Notes under the pieces: generated by a model
What the model was told of the DNA's origin: nothing
The model's input: the letters and a program-made list of their open reading frames with translations, nothing else
Databases searched by the model: none
Shown: in pieces, positions 27,907-37,917 of the stretch
How positions within the stretch are numbered: position 1 is the first letter of the stretch
Layout of the letters: each line of letters starts with the position of its first letter
From: Candidatus Omnitrophota bacterium
Lineage (GTDB): Bacteria; Omnitrophota; Gorgyraeia; JABMRG01; JAFGKX01
Length of the DNA stretch: 64,000 nt
Assembly (NCBI GenBank): GCA_043797125.1
Contig: JAZDPX010000038.1
Coordinates: forward strand, 4,071 to 68,070
Direction of reading: 5' to 3'
Program-made: the position numbers and the translations under genes

Positions 27907-29361
27907 TTATCTTTTTTTCCCTTTTTGCAGGCTCTTCTCAGGCAATATGAGCAAAGCCTCAATCGTATCCTTCCCGTGTACGATAACAGGCCTGTTAAGG
28001 TTTCTTATTGCCAACGAAATCTGCACATTCATATTAGAAACTGAGCTTTTTAAGTTCTCAACATATACCTGCTTACTGTTGGCAATCATCTGGGAGCGCA
28101 GGTACTGCTCAAGAGAAAGTATCTGCTGCGGGATGCTCATCGCCGCGGTTATGCTGCCGGACCTGGCTGACAATGTTACAATGGCGTCATCTATCATCTT
28201 GCGGTATTCAAATTGGCTTAAGATTTTATCCTCGCCGGCATAATATTCCTGCGGCGTTACCTCGACATCCCACCACAGGTCAATATTATCGAATAATGAC
28301 GTTGCGAGTTTCTCATAATACGAATCCACATCATCTTGGAATAGGGCGTAAGCCTGGTGGCGTTCGTTTATCAAGGCCTTAAACGCAGAAGTAATGTTGC
28401 TTAGGCTCATGATCTCTTCCGGGGTATTTTGAATTTCAAGGTAGCTCAGTGATGTATAAAATTTTTCGGAATAGAATGCCTTGTAAAATAAATCCAAAAG
28501 CCCGAATTTTGCCAGCAGCTGCTTTATAAAACTTTTGCTGTTTAGAATTTCGTTTAAATACTTCTCGTCAGTCACGGTTACTATGCCGACGCGCTGTTCC
28601 TTTGCGCCTTGCGTGTCACTTATCAAAGGCGGCGCTGTAATAACAATTTCTCCTGCTTTGCCCTCTAATATTATGTTGTCTATCCCGTATCTATAATAAC
28701 CGTCGATTTTACCGTTGGCATTAAACCGCGCCCGTTTTGTAAATGTTCCTTTTATAGTAAGGAGGGTGTTGCCCTTATCGTCGCTAATGACAACTTCCGT
28801 GTTGGCTAAAATGGTTGCCGGCTTGCCGCTAGTATCGTATTCAACCTTGTAAACATCCATCTTTGAAAAAAGCCTGACTATTGTATCGGTTAAATAATCC
28901 TTCGCAGTGATAAATATCTCCTCCTGATAGCTTGTGGGCCGGTTTTCCTGATCATACTTCACATAATCCAGCAGCCTTTGCTGAGCTATGGAGGCGTTTG
29001 CGGGGTCTTTTATTATCTGGTTTGACTTAATCGGCCTTCCCTGCTGGTCCTTGGCAACGTCTTCCGAAACGATTTTACCCAAATCGAAATAAAGCTCGGA
29101 AAAGTAAAATGATGTACCTGTTTCGCTGCACGCGCCTCTTTTCGATTCAATCAGCGAATTTTTCCTCAAAAGTTGGGCGCTGTTATTATCCTCGTCAATA
29201 AACACCTTTGTATACGGGGTAGGTTTTTCAACCTCTGACGCACCACTACCGTAAATATCATTACGGCCGGCTGCGGCTGCATACTTAGCATGTAATATTA
29301 TTAGAACAGATAACAAAAAAATATTGAAATGTTTATTACAACTGGCAAACATGTCCTTCAC
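27907..29361 (-). CDS. Secreted hypothetical protein (484 aa).
   Basis: It has a signal peptide (FNIFLLSVLIILHAKYAAAAG) and no recognised motif. It overlaps the upstream 139-aa gene. Confidence 0.55.
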   Translation of the reverse strand: MKDMFASCNKHFNIFLLSVLIILHAKYAAAAGRNDIYGSGASEVEKPTPYTKVFIDEDNNSAQLLRKNSLIESKRGACSETGTSFYFSELYFDLGKIVSEDVAKDQQGRPIKSNQIIKDPANASIAQQRLLDYVKYDQENRPTSYQEEIFITAKDYLTDTIVRLFSKMDVYKVEYDTSGKPATILANTEVVISDDKGNTLLTIKGTFTKRARFNANGKIDGYYRYGIDNIILEGKAGEIVITAPPLISDTQGAKEQRVGIVTVTDEKYLNEILNSKSFIKQLLAKFGLLDLFYKAFYSEKFYTSLSYLEIQNTPEEIMSLSNITSAFKALINERHQAYALFQDDVDSYYEKLATSLFDNIDLWWDVEVTPQEYYAGEDKILSQFEYRKMIDDAIVTLSARSGSITAAMSIPQQILSLEQYLRSQMIANSKQVYVENLKSSVSNMNVQISLAIRNLNRPVIVHGKDTIEALLILPEKSLQKGKKR

Positions 29362-29777
29362 CTTTTTTTGGAAAAATTTGTGCCGTTAATCAGTTTAATC
29401 ATATCCGCGACAGTAAGATGCGAATTTTTTATAAGGTCTATATCGATTATGAGCTGCTGGTAATCTACGTGCCGCAATTTTTTAACAATCCTGTCAATCT
29501 TTGATCTAAACTTTGACGGAATTTTTCTGATATACGCATCCGCAGACCATGTCTTTATAAAGCCCGCAATTTCATTGCTGGTGTGGCTGGAATCTCTGAT
29601 ATAGCCCAAACAAAACGATAAATCGCTTGGCGCTGCGTCTCTGAGCAGCATAAATATGCGTTCAATGGTCGGATTTGAATTTATAACGTATTCTGTGCAA
29701 ACCCCGGATTGTAAAATTGCGGGATTTGAAGTTGATATTATAGCTACAAGCGAAATTATTGTCAATATTTTTCTCAT
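29358..29777 (-). CDS. Secreted small hypothetical protein (139 aa).
   Basis: It has a signal peptide (MRKILTIISLVAIISTS). It is the first gene of a two-gene unit lying upstream of the ECF sigma/anti-sigma pair. Confidence 0.5.
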   Translation of the reverse strand: MRKILTIISLVAIISTSNPAILQSGVCTEYVINSNPTIERIFMLLRDAAPSDLSFCLGYIRDSSHTSNEIAGFIKTWSADAYIRKIPSKFRSKIDRIVKKLRHVDYQQLIIDIDLIKNSHLTVADMIKLINGTNFSKKR

Positions 29778-29929
29778 TTTAATAAATACCCTCTAATTCT
29801 TTTTGCCTAAAAAATAGCTTTTTAAATTACTTTATTTATACATTAAATAAAAAGGTGCAGTTATACACCCTTTTGTTTCTAACTAATTATACACTATGTA
29901 TGTCAAATTTTCAAGGGGGCAAAAAAGAA

Positions 29930-30044
29930 TATCGGAGTATCAGATTATCAGAGCGGGAATATCAGATTATCAGAGCGGTGTAACCATATCTGATAATCTG
30001 ATGCTCTGATAATCTCGTTCTGATACTCTGATTATCTGATACTC
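29930..30044. promoter_or_regulatory. Array of direct and inverted repeats built on TATCAGATTATCAGAGCGG / TCTGATAATCTGA (candidate operator cluster).
   Basis: Two near-identical direct 19-mers plus a partial third are followed by a centre (tgtaaccata) and then three to four inverted copies. The array lies in the upstream region of the 139-aa/484-aa operon and overlaps the 3' end of plsY. Confidence 0.5.
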
Positions 30045-30655
30045 TTATCCCCGCCTATCCTGTTCTCTTTACCTTGCATCAATCTATTAATATTCTCCCT
30101 GTGCGTATATGAAATAACAAAAAATAGTATAATGCCAAATAGAATATACTCGAAAGGCTGCCTAAACAAAAGCATTAAAATAGGCAGGCTAAATGCCATA
30201 ATAATTGACGACAATGAGACGTATTTAGTTATTTTAAGCGCTATTATGAAAATTAACAGCGCTGCAGCGGTTGGGACAAAAGACAACACAAGACACACGC
30301 CACAGGTTGTTGCAACGCCTTTGCCGCCTTTAAATTTTAAGAATATAGTCCATATATGGCCGGCAATCGCTGACGCTGCGATAAACGCCCTAAAAGCCGG
30401 CAAACTCATTTGCAATTGACAGGAATAAAACAAAATTGGCAGCAAGGCAACGCAAACAGCGCCCTTTACCATGTCCGCACCTAAGACTATGGCGCCTGCC
30501 GTTTTACCCATAACTCTTAACGCGTTCGTTGCTCCTACATTGCCGCTGCCATGCTGGCGTATATCTACGCCTTTGGTCATGCGGCCTAATATATATCCCG
30601 TCGGTATCGAACCGATTAGATATGCCGAAATCACGGCTAATAAAAATTGCAGCAT
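30032..30655 (-). CDS. plsY: Glycerol-3-phosphate acyltransferase PlsY.
   Basis: MLQFLLAVISAYLIGSIPTGYILGR...HGSGNVGATNALRV. The protein is 207 aa. Confidence 0.85.
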   Translation of the reverse strand: MLQFLLAVISAYLIGSIPTGYILGRMTKGVDIRQHGSGNVGATNALRVMGKTAGAIVLGADMVKGAVCVALLPILFYSCQLQMSLPAFRAFIAASAIAGHIWTIFLKFKGGKGVATTCGVCLVLSFVPTAAALLIFIIALKITKYVSLSSIIMAFSLPILMLLFRQPFEYILFGIILFFVISYTHRENINRLMQGKENRIGGDKSIR

Positions 30656-30656
30656 G

Positions 30657-31994
30657 TTACTTTTCCTTCAACTCAAATCTTATAGGCACACCGAGCAGCC
30701 CAAAATGAGACCTTATGTTATTCGCTAAAAAATTTAAGTAATGCGGCTTTACCATGTTGTGATTTTTGCAGAATAATGTAAATGTCTGCGGCGAAGTTTG
30801 AGTCTGGGTAGCATAATATATCTTTACTTGATTTACCAAAACTAAAGGATGCCTCTGGCTGGCCTGTATCCGCTGTAATAATTTATTCAACTCCGTTGTT
30901 TTTATCGGCATATCCGATTTTTCCTTAAGAGAGACTGCAATGCTTAAGGCCTGGAATAAATTCCTTCCTGTTAAACAGCTTATAAAAACTATAGGGACCC
31001 ATTCGAGCAACTTAAGTCTTTCCTTAAGCGCTGTCTCGTATTCTTTTTGCGTGACATTGTCCGCAAGATCCCATTTATTGACAACAACGCAGCATGGTTT
31101 TCCGTATTCAATCACGTACTCGATGATTTTAATGTCGTCGTTGCATAAACCTTCAGCCGCACTTAGCATAATTAGGGCGACATCTGCCTTCCTTATCGAA
31201 TTTTTAGAGCGCGCGACGCTGAAAATCTCGATAGGGTCTTTTATCTTCCTAGTATGCTTCATGCCTGCAGTATCGACTAAAATAAAATGCTTTCCGTTGT
31301 ATTCGAAATTTATATCAAAAGAATCTCTGGTCGTGCCTGCTGTATGGTGCACCAAAACAATATCCTGTTTAAATAAGGAATTGATAAAAGACGACTTGCC
31401 AACGTTGGGCCTGCCTACAATAGCTACCGATAAACCTTGCACCGGTTTCGGGTTATCAACAAGGCCCTCTTTCTTTTTTTGCTGCAATGGCTTAATAGCG
31501 TCTTTTAAGAGCTGGGCTATCCCGAAGCCTGTATTTGCAGATACCGCATATGGCTGGCCTATTCCGAGCTGGTAAAAATCCACAGCCCCCTGCTCCAGAT
31601 TAGTATTATCAACTTTATTGACTATAAGGTACACCTTTTTAGATGACTCGCGCAATAGCGTGGTCATGTAATAATCTGCCGGCGTTGCGCCCATCCTGAC
31701 ATCGCAAACAAAGAAAATAATATCTGCCATGTTGATGGTTTGTTTTATCTGCCCAAATACCATCTTGTCAATCTCTTCTTTGGGTTGCGTCTTAATACCG
31801 CCTGTATCAATTAATTTTATACTCACGCCTTTAATGACAATTTGAGCGCTTGACCTGTTTCTTGTAACGCCTGCTTTTGATTCGACAATGGCTTTCCTTT
31901 TCCCGATTATCCGGTTAAAAAGCGATGATTTGCCAACGTTCGGCGAGCCTACTATAGCTATTGTTGGGGTGGATTGATTATTGTTGGGATTCAT
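30657..31994 (-). CDS. der: Ribosome-biogenesis GTPase Der (EngA) with tandem GTPase domains.
   Basis: The two G1 motifs are IAIVGSPNVGKSSLFN and VAIVGRPNVGKSSFINSL. A KH-like C-terminus is present. Confidence 0.85.
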   Translation of the reverse strand: MNPNNNQSTPTIAIVGSPNVGKSSLFNRIIGKRKAIVESKAGVTRNRSSAQIVIKGVSIKLIDTGGIKTQPKEEIDKMVFGQIKQTINMADIIFFVCDVRMGATPADYYMTTLLRESSKKVYLIVNKVDNTNLEQGAVDFYQLGIGQPYAVSANTGFGIAQLLKDAIKPLQQKKKEGLVDNPKPVQGLSVAIVGRPNVGKSSFINSLFKQDIVLVHHTAGTTRDSFDINFEYNGKHFILVDTAGMKHTRKIKDPIEIFSVARSKNSIRKADVALIMLSAAEGLCNDDIKIIEYVIEYGKPCCVVVNKWDLADNVTQKEYETALKERLKLLEWVPIVFISCLTGRNLFQALSIAVSLKEKSDMPIKTTELNKLLQRIQASQRHPLVLVNQVKIYYATQTQTSPQTFTLFCKNHNMVKPHYLNFLANNIRSHFGLLGVPIRFELKEK

Positions 31995-32532
31995 TTAGAA
32001 TTCTATTTGCCCTGATTAAATAGCCTATTCCTGAAAGGGCGGTAAAAAAAGCTGCAGCTATCCATAAACAATATGAATATTTAAACTGTAAAAGCACTGC
32101 TATAACTGTAAGCATCTGCAGGGCGGTAGTGAGCTTGCCGAGTGTACTAGGGCTTATATCAAGTTTTCCTGTAATCATGTGTATAATAACGGAGCCTAAA
32201 ATTATAAAGATATCCCTGCTTATAACAATAATGATGACCCATGGCGGGATTTTAAACTCCTGCGGAAGGGCAGCTATTATAGATAAAGATACGAAGCCGC
32301 TTAATATAAGCAGCTTATCCGCTATCGGGTCAAGGAACGTGCCTAATCTTGTCTTTTGATAATATTTACGCGCAATATAGCCGTCAACAGCGTCTGTCAA
32401 AGTTGATATGGCAAATATTACAAGCGCGATAAAACGCAAAAAATCTGTCTCTGGGCTGTAATAGATCAAACAGGTTACAAAAAAAGGTATTAATAATATC
32501 CGGACAATCGTAATTTTGTTTGCCAGGCTCAT
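31978..32532 (-). CDS. CDP-alcohol phosphatidyltransferase family protein (paralog 1).
   Basis: DAVDGYIARKYYQKTRLGTFLDPIADK matches the CDP-OH transferase motif DG-x2-AR-x8-G-x3-D-x3-D. Confidence 0.75.
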   Translation of the reverse strand: MSLANKITIVRILLIPFFVTCLIYYSPETDFLRFIALVIFAISTLTDAVDGYIARKYYQKTRLGTFLDPIADKLLILSGFVSLSIIAALPQEFKIPPWVIIIVISRDIFIILGSVIIHMITGKLDISPSTLGKLTTALQMLTVIAVLLQFKYSYCLWIAAAFFTALSGIGYLIRANRILNESQQ

Positions 32533-32533
32533 A

Positions 32534-33103
32534 TTATTCCACTTTACGCAGGCGCGTCAGCGGCCAGTATATTACCATCGCCTGCCCAAGTATCTCCTTT
32601 CTGGTTACGAAACCCCAGTACCTTGAATCTCTCGACGAGCCGCTGTTATCTCCGAGAACGAAGAAGTTGTCCTTCGGAACCTTGATGGTTTCTCTTTCCC
32701 TACCATAGGGGCCCTGGTTATAATAGTAAATTTTTCTAACCTGCTCGGGCTCCTGCGCTAATTCGCCGTTAATCCAGATATTGCCGTCCTTAATTTCGAG
32801 CGTCTCTTCAGGCACTGCAACAACGCGCTTTATAAAATCCTTCTTGCGGTCTTCCGGGTACCTGAAGACAATTACATCTCCGCGTTTAGGCTCCTTGAAT
32901 CTATATATGAACTTGTTCACCAGTATCCTGTCGCCTTCTATAAGGGTGGGGCGCATCGAGCCCGTCGGGATCTTAAACGCCTGGACCACAAAAGTCCTTA
33001 TTATCATTGCCAGTATAAAGGCGATGATGATGGCCTCGGCGTATTCTCTTATAACCGCTTTGTGTTCTTCAAAAAAATGTTTTAATAATTGTATTATCTT
33101 CAT
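32534..33103 (-). CDS. lepB: Signal peptidase I.
   Basis: GSMRPTL is the S26 Ser box, GDVIVFRYP follows, and GDNSGSSRDSRYWGFV is the box E. The track start at 33229 would overlap lepA by 130 nt, so the start MKIIQLL at 33103 is preferred. Confidence 0.8.
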   Translation of the reverse strand: MKIIQLLKHFFEEHKAVIREYAEAIIIAFILAMIIRTFVVQAFKIPTGSMRPTLIEGDRILVNKFIYRFKEPKRGDVIVFRYPEDRKKDFIKRVVAVPEETLEIKDGNIWINGELAQEPEQVRKIYYYNQGPYGRERETIKVPKDNFFVLGDNSGSSRDSRYWGFVTRKEILGQAMVIYWPLTRLRKVE

Positions 33104-34893
33104 ATCTTTAGCACCGTTATAAATGCCTCTTGTGGTATCTCGACCCTTCCGAAACGCTTCATCTTCTTTTTTCCTTCCTTTTGTTTTTCCCAAAGCTTTC
33201 TTTTTCTCGTAATATCTCCGCCGTAGCATTTTCCTGTTACGTGCTTCTTAAACGGCTTTATTGAGCTTCGCGCGATAATCTTGCTGCCGATAGCTGCCTG
33301 CACCACGACCTCGAACATCTGTCGCGGTATAATCTCCCTGAATTTATCTACCAGAAGCCTGCCCCTTATCTGCGCCTTGTCAGCGTGTATAACCGAAGAT
33401 AATGCCTCGCATATCTGGCCGTTTAGAAGTATATCTAATTTTACCAGCTCGCCTGGCCTGTAATCAGTAAACTCGTAATCCAGCGAACCGTAGCCTCTTG
33501 TCATTGATTTTATCTTGTCGTAAAAATCCACTATAATCTCGGATAACGGAAAATCGTACATAAGCCTCGCCCTGTCAATTGTTATGTATTCGGTGCTTAT
33601 GTAAATACCTCTTCTTTGTATGCAGAATTCCATAATCGTGCCCAAACTGTCCGACGGTACAAAAAGATTAGCGCGAACATAAGGTTCGGCAATCGCTTCG
33701 ATTGTATGCGCCTCCGGAAACTTCGTCGGGTTGTCTATAAGCTTAACCTCTTCGTTTGATAGGGTAAGCTGATAAACTACGCTGGGGCTGGCTATGATGA
33801 GGTTTAAATCAAATTCTCTTTCCAGCCTTTCCTGTATTATCTGCATATGCAGCAGGCCTAAAAACCCGCACCTGAAACCAAAGCCTATAGAGCCGGTGCT
33901 TTCAGGTTCAAAAACAAAAGATGCGTCTGATAAATGCAATTTTTCTACGGCATCACGCAGCAGCGGAAAATCTTTGTTATTGACCGGGTAAATTCCGCAG
34001 TAGACCATTGGGGCTGCCTTTTTATATCCCGGCAAAGCTTCTTGCGCAGAATCAACCAGAGTCGTAACCGTGTCTCCGATCATTATATCCTTTGCCTGCC
34101 TTATATTTGCCGTAAGATAACCAACCTCGCCGCTGCTTAAAGAATCTATTTTCATCATCTGCGGTTTAAAAACTCCGACCTCAAGCACCTCAAAACTTTT
34201 ATCAATTTGCATTAGCTTGATATTCATTCCTGTAGTTATCCTGCCGTTGACAAGCCTTACATAAACTATAACGCCCTTATATTGGTCATATTGGGAATCA
34301 AATACCAGCGCCTGCAATGGTCTGTTTGGGTCCCCGTGCGGAGGCGGTATTCTGGTTATAATTGCTTCCATAATATCAACGCAGCCTGTCCCGTTCTTTG
34401 CGCTGGCTAATAAAATTTCGCTTTCATCAATACCTAGAATATCTTTTATCTGTTTTTTGGTTTGCTCTATCTGCGCATTCGGCAGGTCAATCTTATTTAC
34501 CACTGGAATTATGGTCAGGTTATGCTCTATCGCCATATACAGATTCGCCACCGTCTGGGCTTCGACGCCCTGGGCAGCGTCAACAAGTAAAAGCGCTCCT
34601 TCGCACGCGCCTATTGATTTTGAAACCTCATAGGTAAAATCAACATGCCCCGGGGTATCTATCAGGTTAAGCATGTATTCGCTATTGTCTTTAGCCTTAT
34701 AAATTAATTTAACTGCCGATGCCTTGATTGTTATGCCGTGCTCTCTTTCCAAATCCATGTCATCCAAAATCTGGTTTCTGAAGTCGCGCTTGGCGACTGT
34801 GCCTGTTGTCTGGATCATCCTATCGGCCAAAGTGGATTTACCATGGTCAATATGCGCTATTATGCAAAAGTTTCTTATATGCGTTAGTTCCAT
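33100..34893 (-). CDS. lepA: Elongation factor 4 (LepA).
   Basis: The N-terminus is IRNFCIIAHIDHGKSTLADR. The protein is 597 aa with a LepA C-terminal domain. Confidence 0.9.
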   Translation of the reverse strand: MELTHIRNFCIIAHIDHGKSTLADRMIQTTGTVAKRDFRNQILDDMDLEREHGITIKASAVKLIYKAKDNSEYMLNLIDTPGHVDFTYEVSKSIGACEGALLLVDAAQGVEAQTVANLYMAIEHNLTIIPVVNKIDLPNAQIEQTKKQIKDILGIDESEILLASAKNGTGCVDIMEAIITRIPPPHGDPNRPLQALVFDSQYDQYKGVIVYVRLVNGRITTGMNIKLMQIDKSFEVLEVGVFKPQMMKIDSLSSGEVGYLTANIRQAKDIMIGDTVTTLVDSAQEALPGYKKAAPMVYCGIYPVNNKDFPLLRDAVEKLHLSDASFVFEPESTGSIGFGFRCGFLGLLHMQIIQERLEREFDLNLIIASPSVVYQLTLSNEEVKLIDNPTKFPEAHTIEAIAEPYVRANLFVPSDSLGTIMEFCIQRRGIYISTEYITIDRARLMYDFPLSEIIVDFYDKIKSMTRGYGSLDYEFTDYRPGELVKLDILLNGQICEALSSVIHADKAQIRGRLLVDKFREIIPRQMFEVVVQAAIGSKIIARSSIKPFKKHVTGKCYGGDITRKRKLWEKQKEGKKKMKRFGRVEIPQEAFITVLKI

Positions 34894-36311
34894 TTAATCG
34901 CCAATCTTTTTCCGGCATTTAAAAGGTTTTTTAAGTCGCTGCGCTTTGGGGTCTCCGCGTATATCCTGATCACGGGCTCTGTTCCGGAAGGCCTTATCAA
35001 AAGCCAGCTTTCGTCTTTCAAGATGTATTTTATTCCGTCGTAAGTCTTTATTTTCAGAATATCTTTTCCAAATATTTTTCCCGGAGCGGATTTCTTAAGA
35101 GCGCTTATTAGCTCATCACCGTTTTTAACCGGAATATGCAGATCAAGCCTGTCATAATAAAATACGCCGTATTTTTTATTTACATCTTTCATTATTTTGT
35201 CGATAGACTTATTTCTCGCTGCCACCATTTTCAGCAGAAACAAGCCGGAAACAATGCCGTCCCTTTCCGGTATGTAGCCTTTAAAGCCTATGCCGCCTGA
35301 TTCTTCTCCGCCGATTAAAACATCTTCCGTAAGCATAACCTTGGATATATGCTTAAAGCCTATGCGCATTTCCAGAAGCTTCAATTTATAATCATCTGCG
35401 ATTTTATTAATCAAATTAGTGCCGGAAATGGTCTTTACAACCGTGCCCCTGAGATTGCTGTGTTCGAGCAAATGCAAAAGTATGAGTGAAATTATCTGCC
35501 CGCTGCTTAAATAAACGCCGTCTGCGCCGCAGGCGGCTATTCTGTCAGCGTCGCCGTCAAGGGCAATGCCGAGTTTAGGTTTTAATTTTTTAGCGGTTTT
35601 CAGGAAAACTTGCAGGTTTCTCGGAACAGGCTCGGGGCTTACGCCTCCGAAAAGAGGATTCAACTCATCTCTTATGGCCCGCACGCTGCAGCCTGTTTCG
35701 CTTAAAATCTTCTCGACATAGCCAGCTCCTGCGCCGTGCATATAATCAACTAATAAATCCGGCTTCTGCCTGCTAATTAAATCCAATTTTATATATTTTT
35801 TTACAAAATCCACATAAGCATTATCTACGTTTTCTATTTCGATCAGGTTGCTGTCTTTTGCGGTGTTGAAATCCAACAACTTAGGTTCGCTTTTACCTAT
35901 TAGTTCTTCTAATTGTTTAGTGATTTGCTCGTCCGCAGGCATTGCATCTTTAGTCTTAAACTTTATGCCGTTAAACTTAGCGGGGTTATGGCTCGCTGTT
36001 ACAACAATGCCGCCAGAAAGCCCTCTTTGTTTAATAGCCAAAGTTATAGCAGGGGTTGGTGTTGGCTTGCCTGCAAAAAGCGTTTTTAAACCGTTGCCTG
36101 CCAAAACCTCGCATATTGCCTTTGCATACTCTTCTGACAGAAATCTCCTGTCATAGCCAACGATGACAGCTGCGGGCTGCCTGCCTGCCGGCAGGCAGGT
36201 GGGCTTTAAATATTCAGCAATTGCTTGAGCGACTTTACGCACATTCGCAAATGTAAAGTCCTCGGCAATCACGCCGCGCCAGCCGTCTGTACCGAATTTA
36301 ATCGTATGCAT
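34884..36311 (-). CDS. Phosphoglucomutase/phosphomannomutase family protein.
   Basis: TASHNPAKFNGIKF is the phosphoserine loop and GDADR the Mg-binding loop. The protein is 475 aa. Confidence 0.8.
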   Translation of the reverse strand: MHTIKFGTDGWRGVIAEDFTFANVRKVAQAIAEYLKPTCLPAGRQPAAVIVGYDRRFLSEEYAKAICEVLAGNGLKTLFAGKPTPTPAITLAIKQRGLSGGIVVTASHNPAKFNGIKFKTKDAMPADEQITKQLEELIGKSEPKLLDFNTAKDSNLIEIENVDNAYVDFVKKYIKLDLISRQKPDLLVDYMHGAGAGYVEKILSETGCSVRAIRDELNPLFGGVSPEPVPRNLQVFLKTAKKLKPKLGIALDGDADRIAACGADGVYLSSGQIISLILLHLLEHSNLRGTVVKTISGTNLINKIADDYKLKLLEMRIGFKHISKVMLTEDVLIGGEESGGIGFKGYIPERDGIVSGLFLLKMVAARNKSIDKIMKDVNKKYGVFYYDRLDLHIPVKNGDELISALKKSAPGKIFGKDILKIKTYDGIKYILKDESWLLIRPSGTEPVIRIYAETPKRSDLKNLLNAGKRLAIKWN

Positions 36312-36532
36312 TATCCTCTCTTATTGCCTCTTGTGCCGCGGCCCGGCTTTCCTTCAATGCCGTGAATCATTTTTCCTTCCATCAATGCCCTGCCGCTAAA
36401 ACCTGTTCTTTTTATCTTATCCTTGTAAAATTGCTGGGCCTTTTTCTTTTCGCGGTTTCCCTCTTCAATTTCCTCATTCACCCAAAATTTATGCTCCTGC
36501 TTCTTTTTATCATCTTCCATAATGTCCTCCAA
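36311..36532 (-). CDS. Small Lys/Glu-rich hypothetical protein.
   Basis: 73-aa ORF directly upstream of, and overlapping, the mutase gene. The composition is low-complexity, so it may not be expressed. Confidence 0.25.
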   Translation of the reverse strand: MEDIMEDDKKKQEHKFWVNEEIEEGNREKKKAQQFYKDKIKRTGFSGRALMEGKMIHGIEGKPGRGTRGNKRG

Positions 36533-36584
36533 AGTTTGTTTAGTGTTAAAGTCTGTAATAGTTCAACTCTGGGAAGTGCTCCCA

Positions 36585-36614
36585 ACGTAGCGCAGGCTTA
36601 AGCCTGCGCTACGT
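36585..36614. repeat. REP-like palindrome copy (acgtagcgcaggcttaagcctgcgctacgt).
   Basis: Identical to the copies at 24194 and 27851. It lies downstream of the M16 peptidase gene. Confidence 0.7.
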
Positions 36615-36648
36615 CCGAGTCGAGATACTTACAATGACTGAACTGTTA

Positions 36649-37917
36649 CTAAAACTTAAACTTTTTTTGCAATTTGTCCCTTTCCGCCTGAGCCTGAGGG
36701 CCTATAACCGCTAAATTCAGTGAATCGTTCACAAAGAGCTTATTAGCAACCTTTTTTATCGCGTCAAAATCTACTTTTTTCATATCCTCTATAATTTCAT
36801 CCTTTGTTGTAATCTTTCCTATGCTTGCCGCCTGTTCGCCCAAAAACAGCATATTAGACATCGTATCCTCAAGGCCCATCAATAAATGGCCTTTATAGTA
36901 TTCTTTTGCCCTGACTAGTTCCTGCTCCCTTACATTAGCCTCTTTCATCTTGATCAATTCCGCAATGATTACGGAAACAGCGTCGGAAACCTTATGGTTA
37001 TCTACGCCAGCGTGTATGTATATAGAGCCTGTATCAATATACTGCTTTATGCCTGAACCGATCTCATAGGCAAGGCATCTTTTTTCTCTTACCTCGTTAA
37101 ATAAGCGGCTCGACATATTGCCGCCTAATATCACGTTTAATATGCGCTGGGCATACCTGCCAGGGTGCAGTCTGTTTAAACCATGAACACCGAGGCATAT
37201 ATGAGACTGCTCGGTGTCCTTGTTAAAACAATTAATTTTAGGCGCATGCTGAACCTTTGCTGCCTTTTTATAATCTGTTGCCTGCGCTTTTTTAGTTTTT
37301 GCAAAATATTCCTGGAGCATGTTAACTATCATCTCATGTTCTATGTCGCCGCAAACCGCGACAATAACATTGGATGGCGCGTGATATTTCTCTTTGTAAG
37401 CTGCTAAGTCATGCCTTTTTATAGAGCCAACCGTATCAAACGTGCCTAACAAAGACCTTCCCAACGGGTGATTTGGCCAAAGCAGCTCATCTAATAATTC
37501 GTGCACATACTGATTAGGTAAATCGAGATACATCCTTATTTCTTCTACAATAACATTTCTTTCCTTATTGATTTCCTTTTCATCCAATAACGGGTTTAAA
37601 ACCATATCCGCAAGTACATCAACCGCAACCTTAAAATATTTCGAAATTATTTTTATATAATAACACGTGTTTTCCTCTGCGGTAAACGCGTTAAATATCC
37701 CGCCTACGCCCTCTACTGCCTCTTTTAGCTGTTTATAATTTCTTTTTTTAGTGCCTTTAAATAAAAGGTGCTCTAAAAAATGTGATATGCCCTGTTTTTC
37801 CTTCGGCTCATACCTGCCGCCTGCCTTTACCCAGAATCCGACTGACAGAGAATGCATGTTAGGCATTCTCTCCGTTATAATAGTAAGTCCGTTATCTAAT
37901 TTTGTGATTTTATGCAT
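36649..37917 (-). CDS. M16-family zinc peptidase (pitrilysin-like).
   Basis: GISHFLEHLLFKGT is the inverted HxxEH zinc motif. The probable start MHKITKLDNG at 37917 gives an 8-nt overlap with ruvX; the track start is 37971. Confidence 0.8.
   Translation of the reverse strand: MHKITKLDNGLTIITERMPNMHSLSVGFWVKAGGRYEPKEKQGISHFLEHLLFKGTKKRNYKQLKEAVEGVGGIFNAFTAEENTCYYIKIISKYFKVAVDVLADMVLNPLLDEKEINKERNVIVEEIRMYLDLPNQYVHELLDELLWPNHPLGRSLLGTFDTVGSIKRHDLAAYKEKYHAPSNVIVAVCGDIEHEMIVNMLQEYFAKTKKAQATDYKKAAKVQHAPKINCFNKDTEQSHICLGVHGLNRLHPGRYAQRILNVILGGNMSSRLFNEVREKRCLAYEIGSGIKQYIDTGSIYIHAGVDNHKVSDAVSVIIAELIKMKEANVREQELVRAKEYYKGHLLMGLEDTMSNMLFLGEQAASIGKITTKDEIIEDMKKVDFDAIKKVANKLFVNDSLNLAVIGPQAQAERDKLQKKFKF

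Noticed and set aside
33104-33229. The extended N-terminus of lepB (track start 33229).
   Set aside because: It would overlap 130 nt of the lepA coding sequence. The Met at 33103 gives a typical signal-peptidase N-terminal TM segment and a 4-nt overlap.
36311-36532. The 73-aa Lys/Glu-rich ORF called as a real gene.
   Set aside because: I kept it only as a low-confidence CDS. Its low-complexity composition and its overlap with the mutase start make it doubtful.
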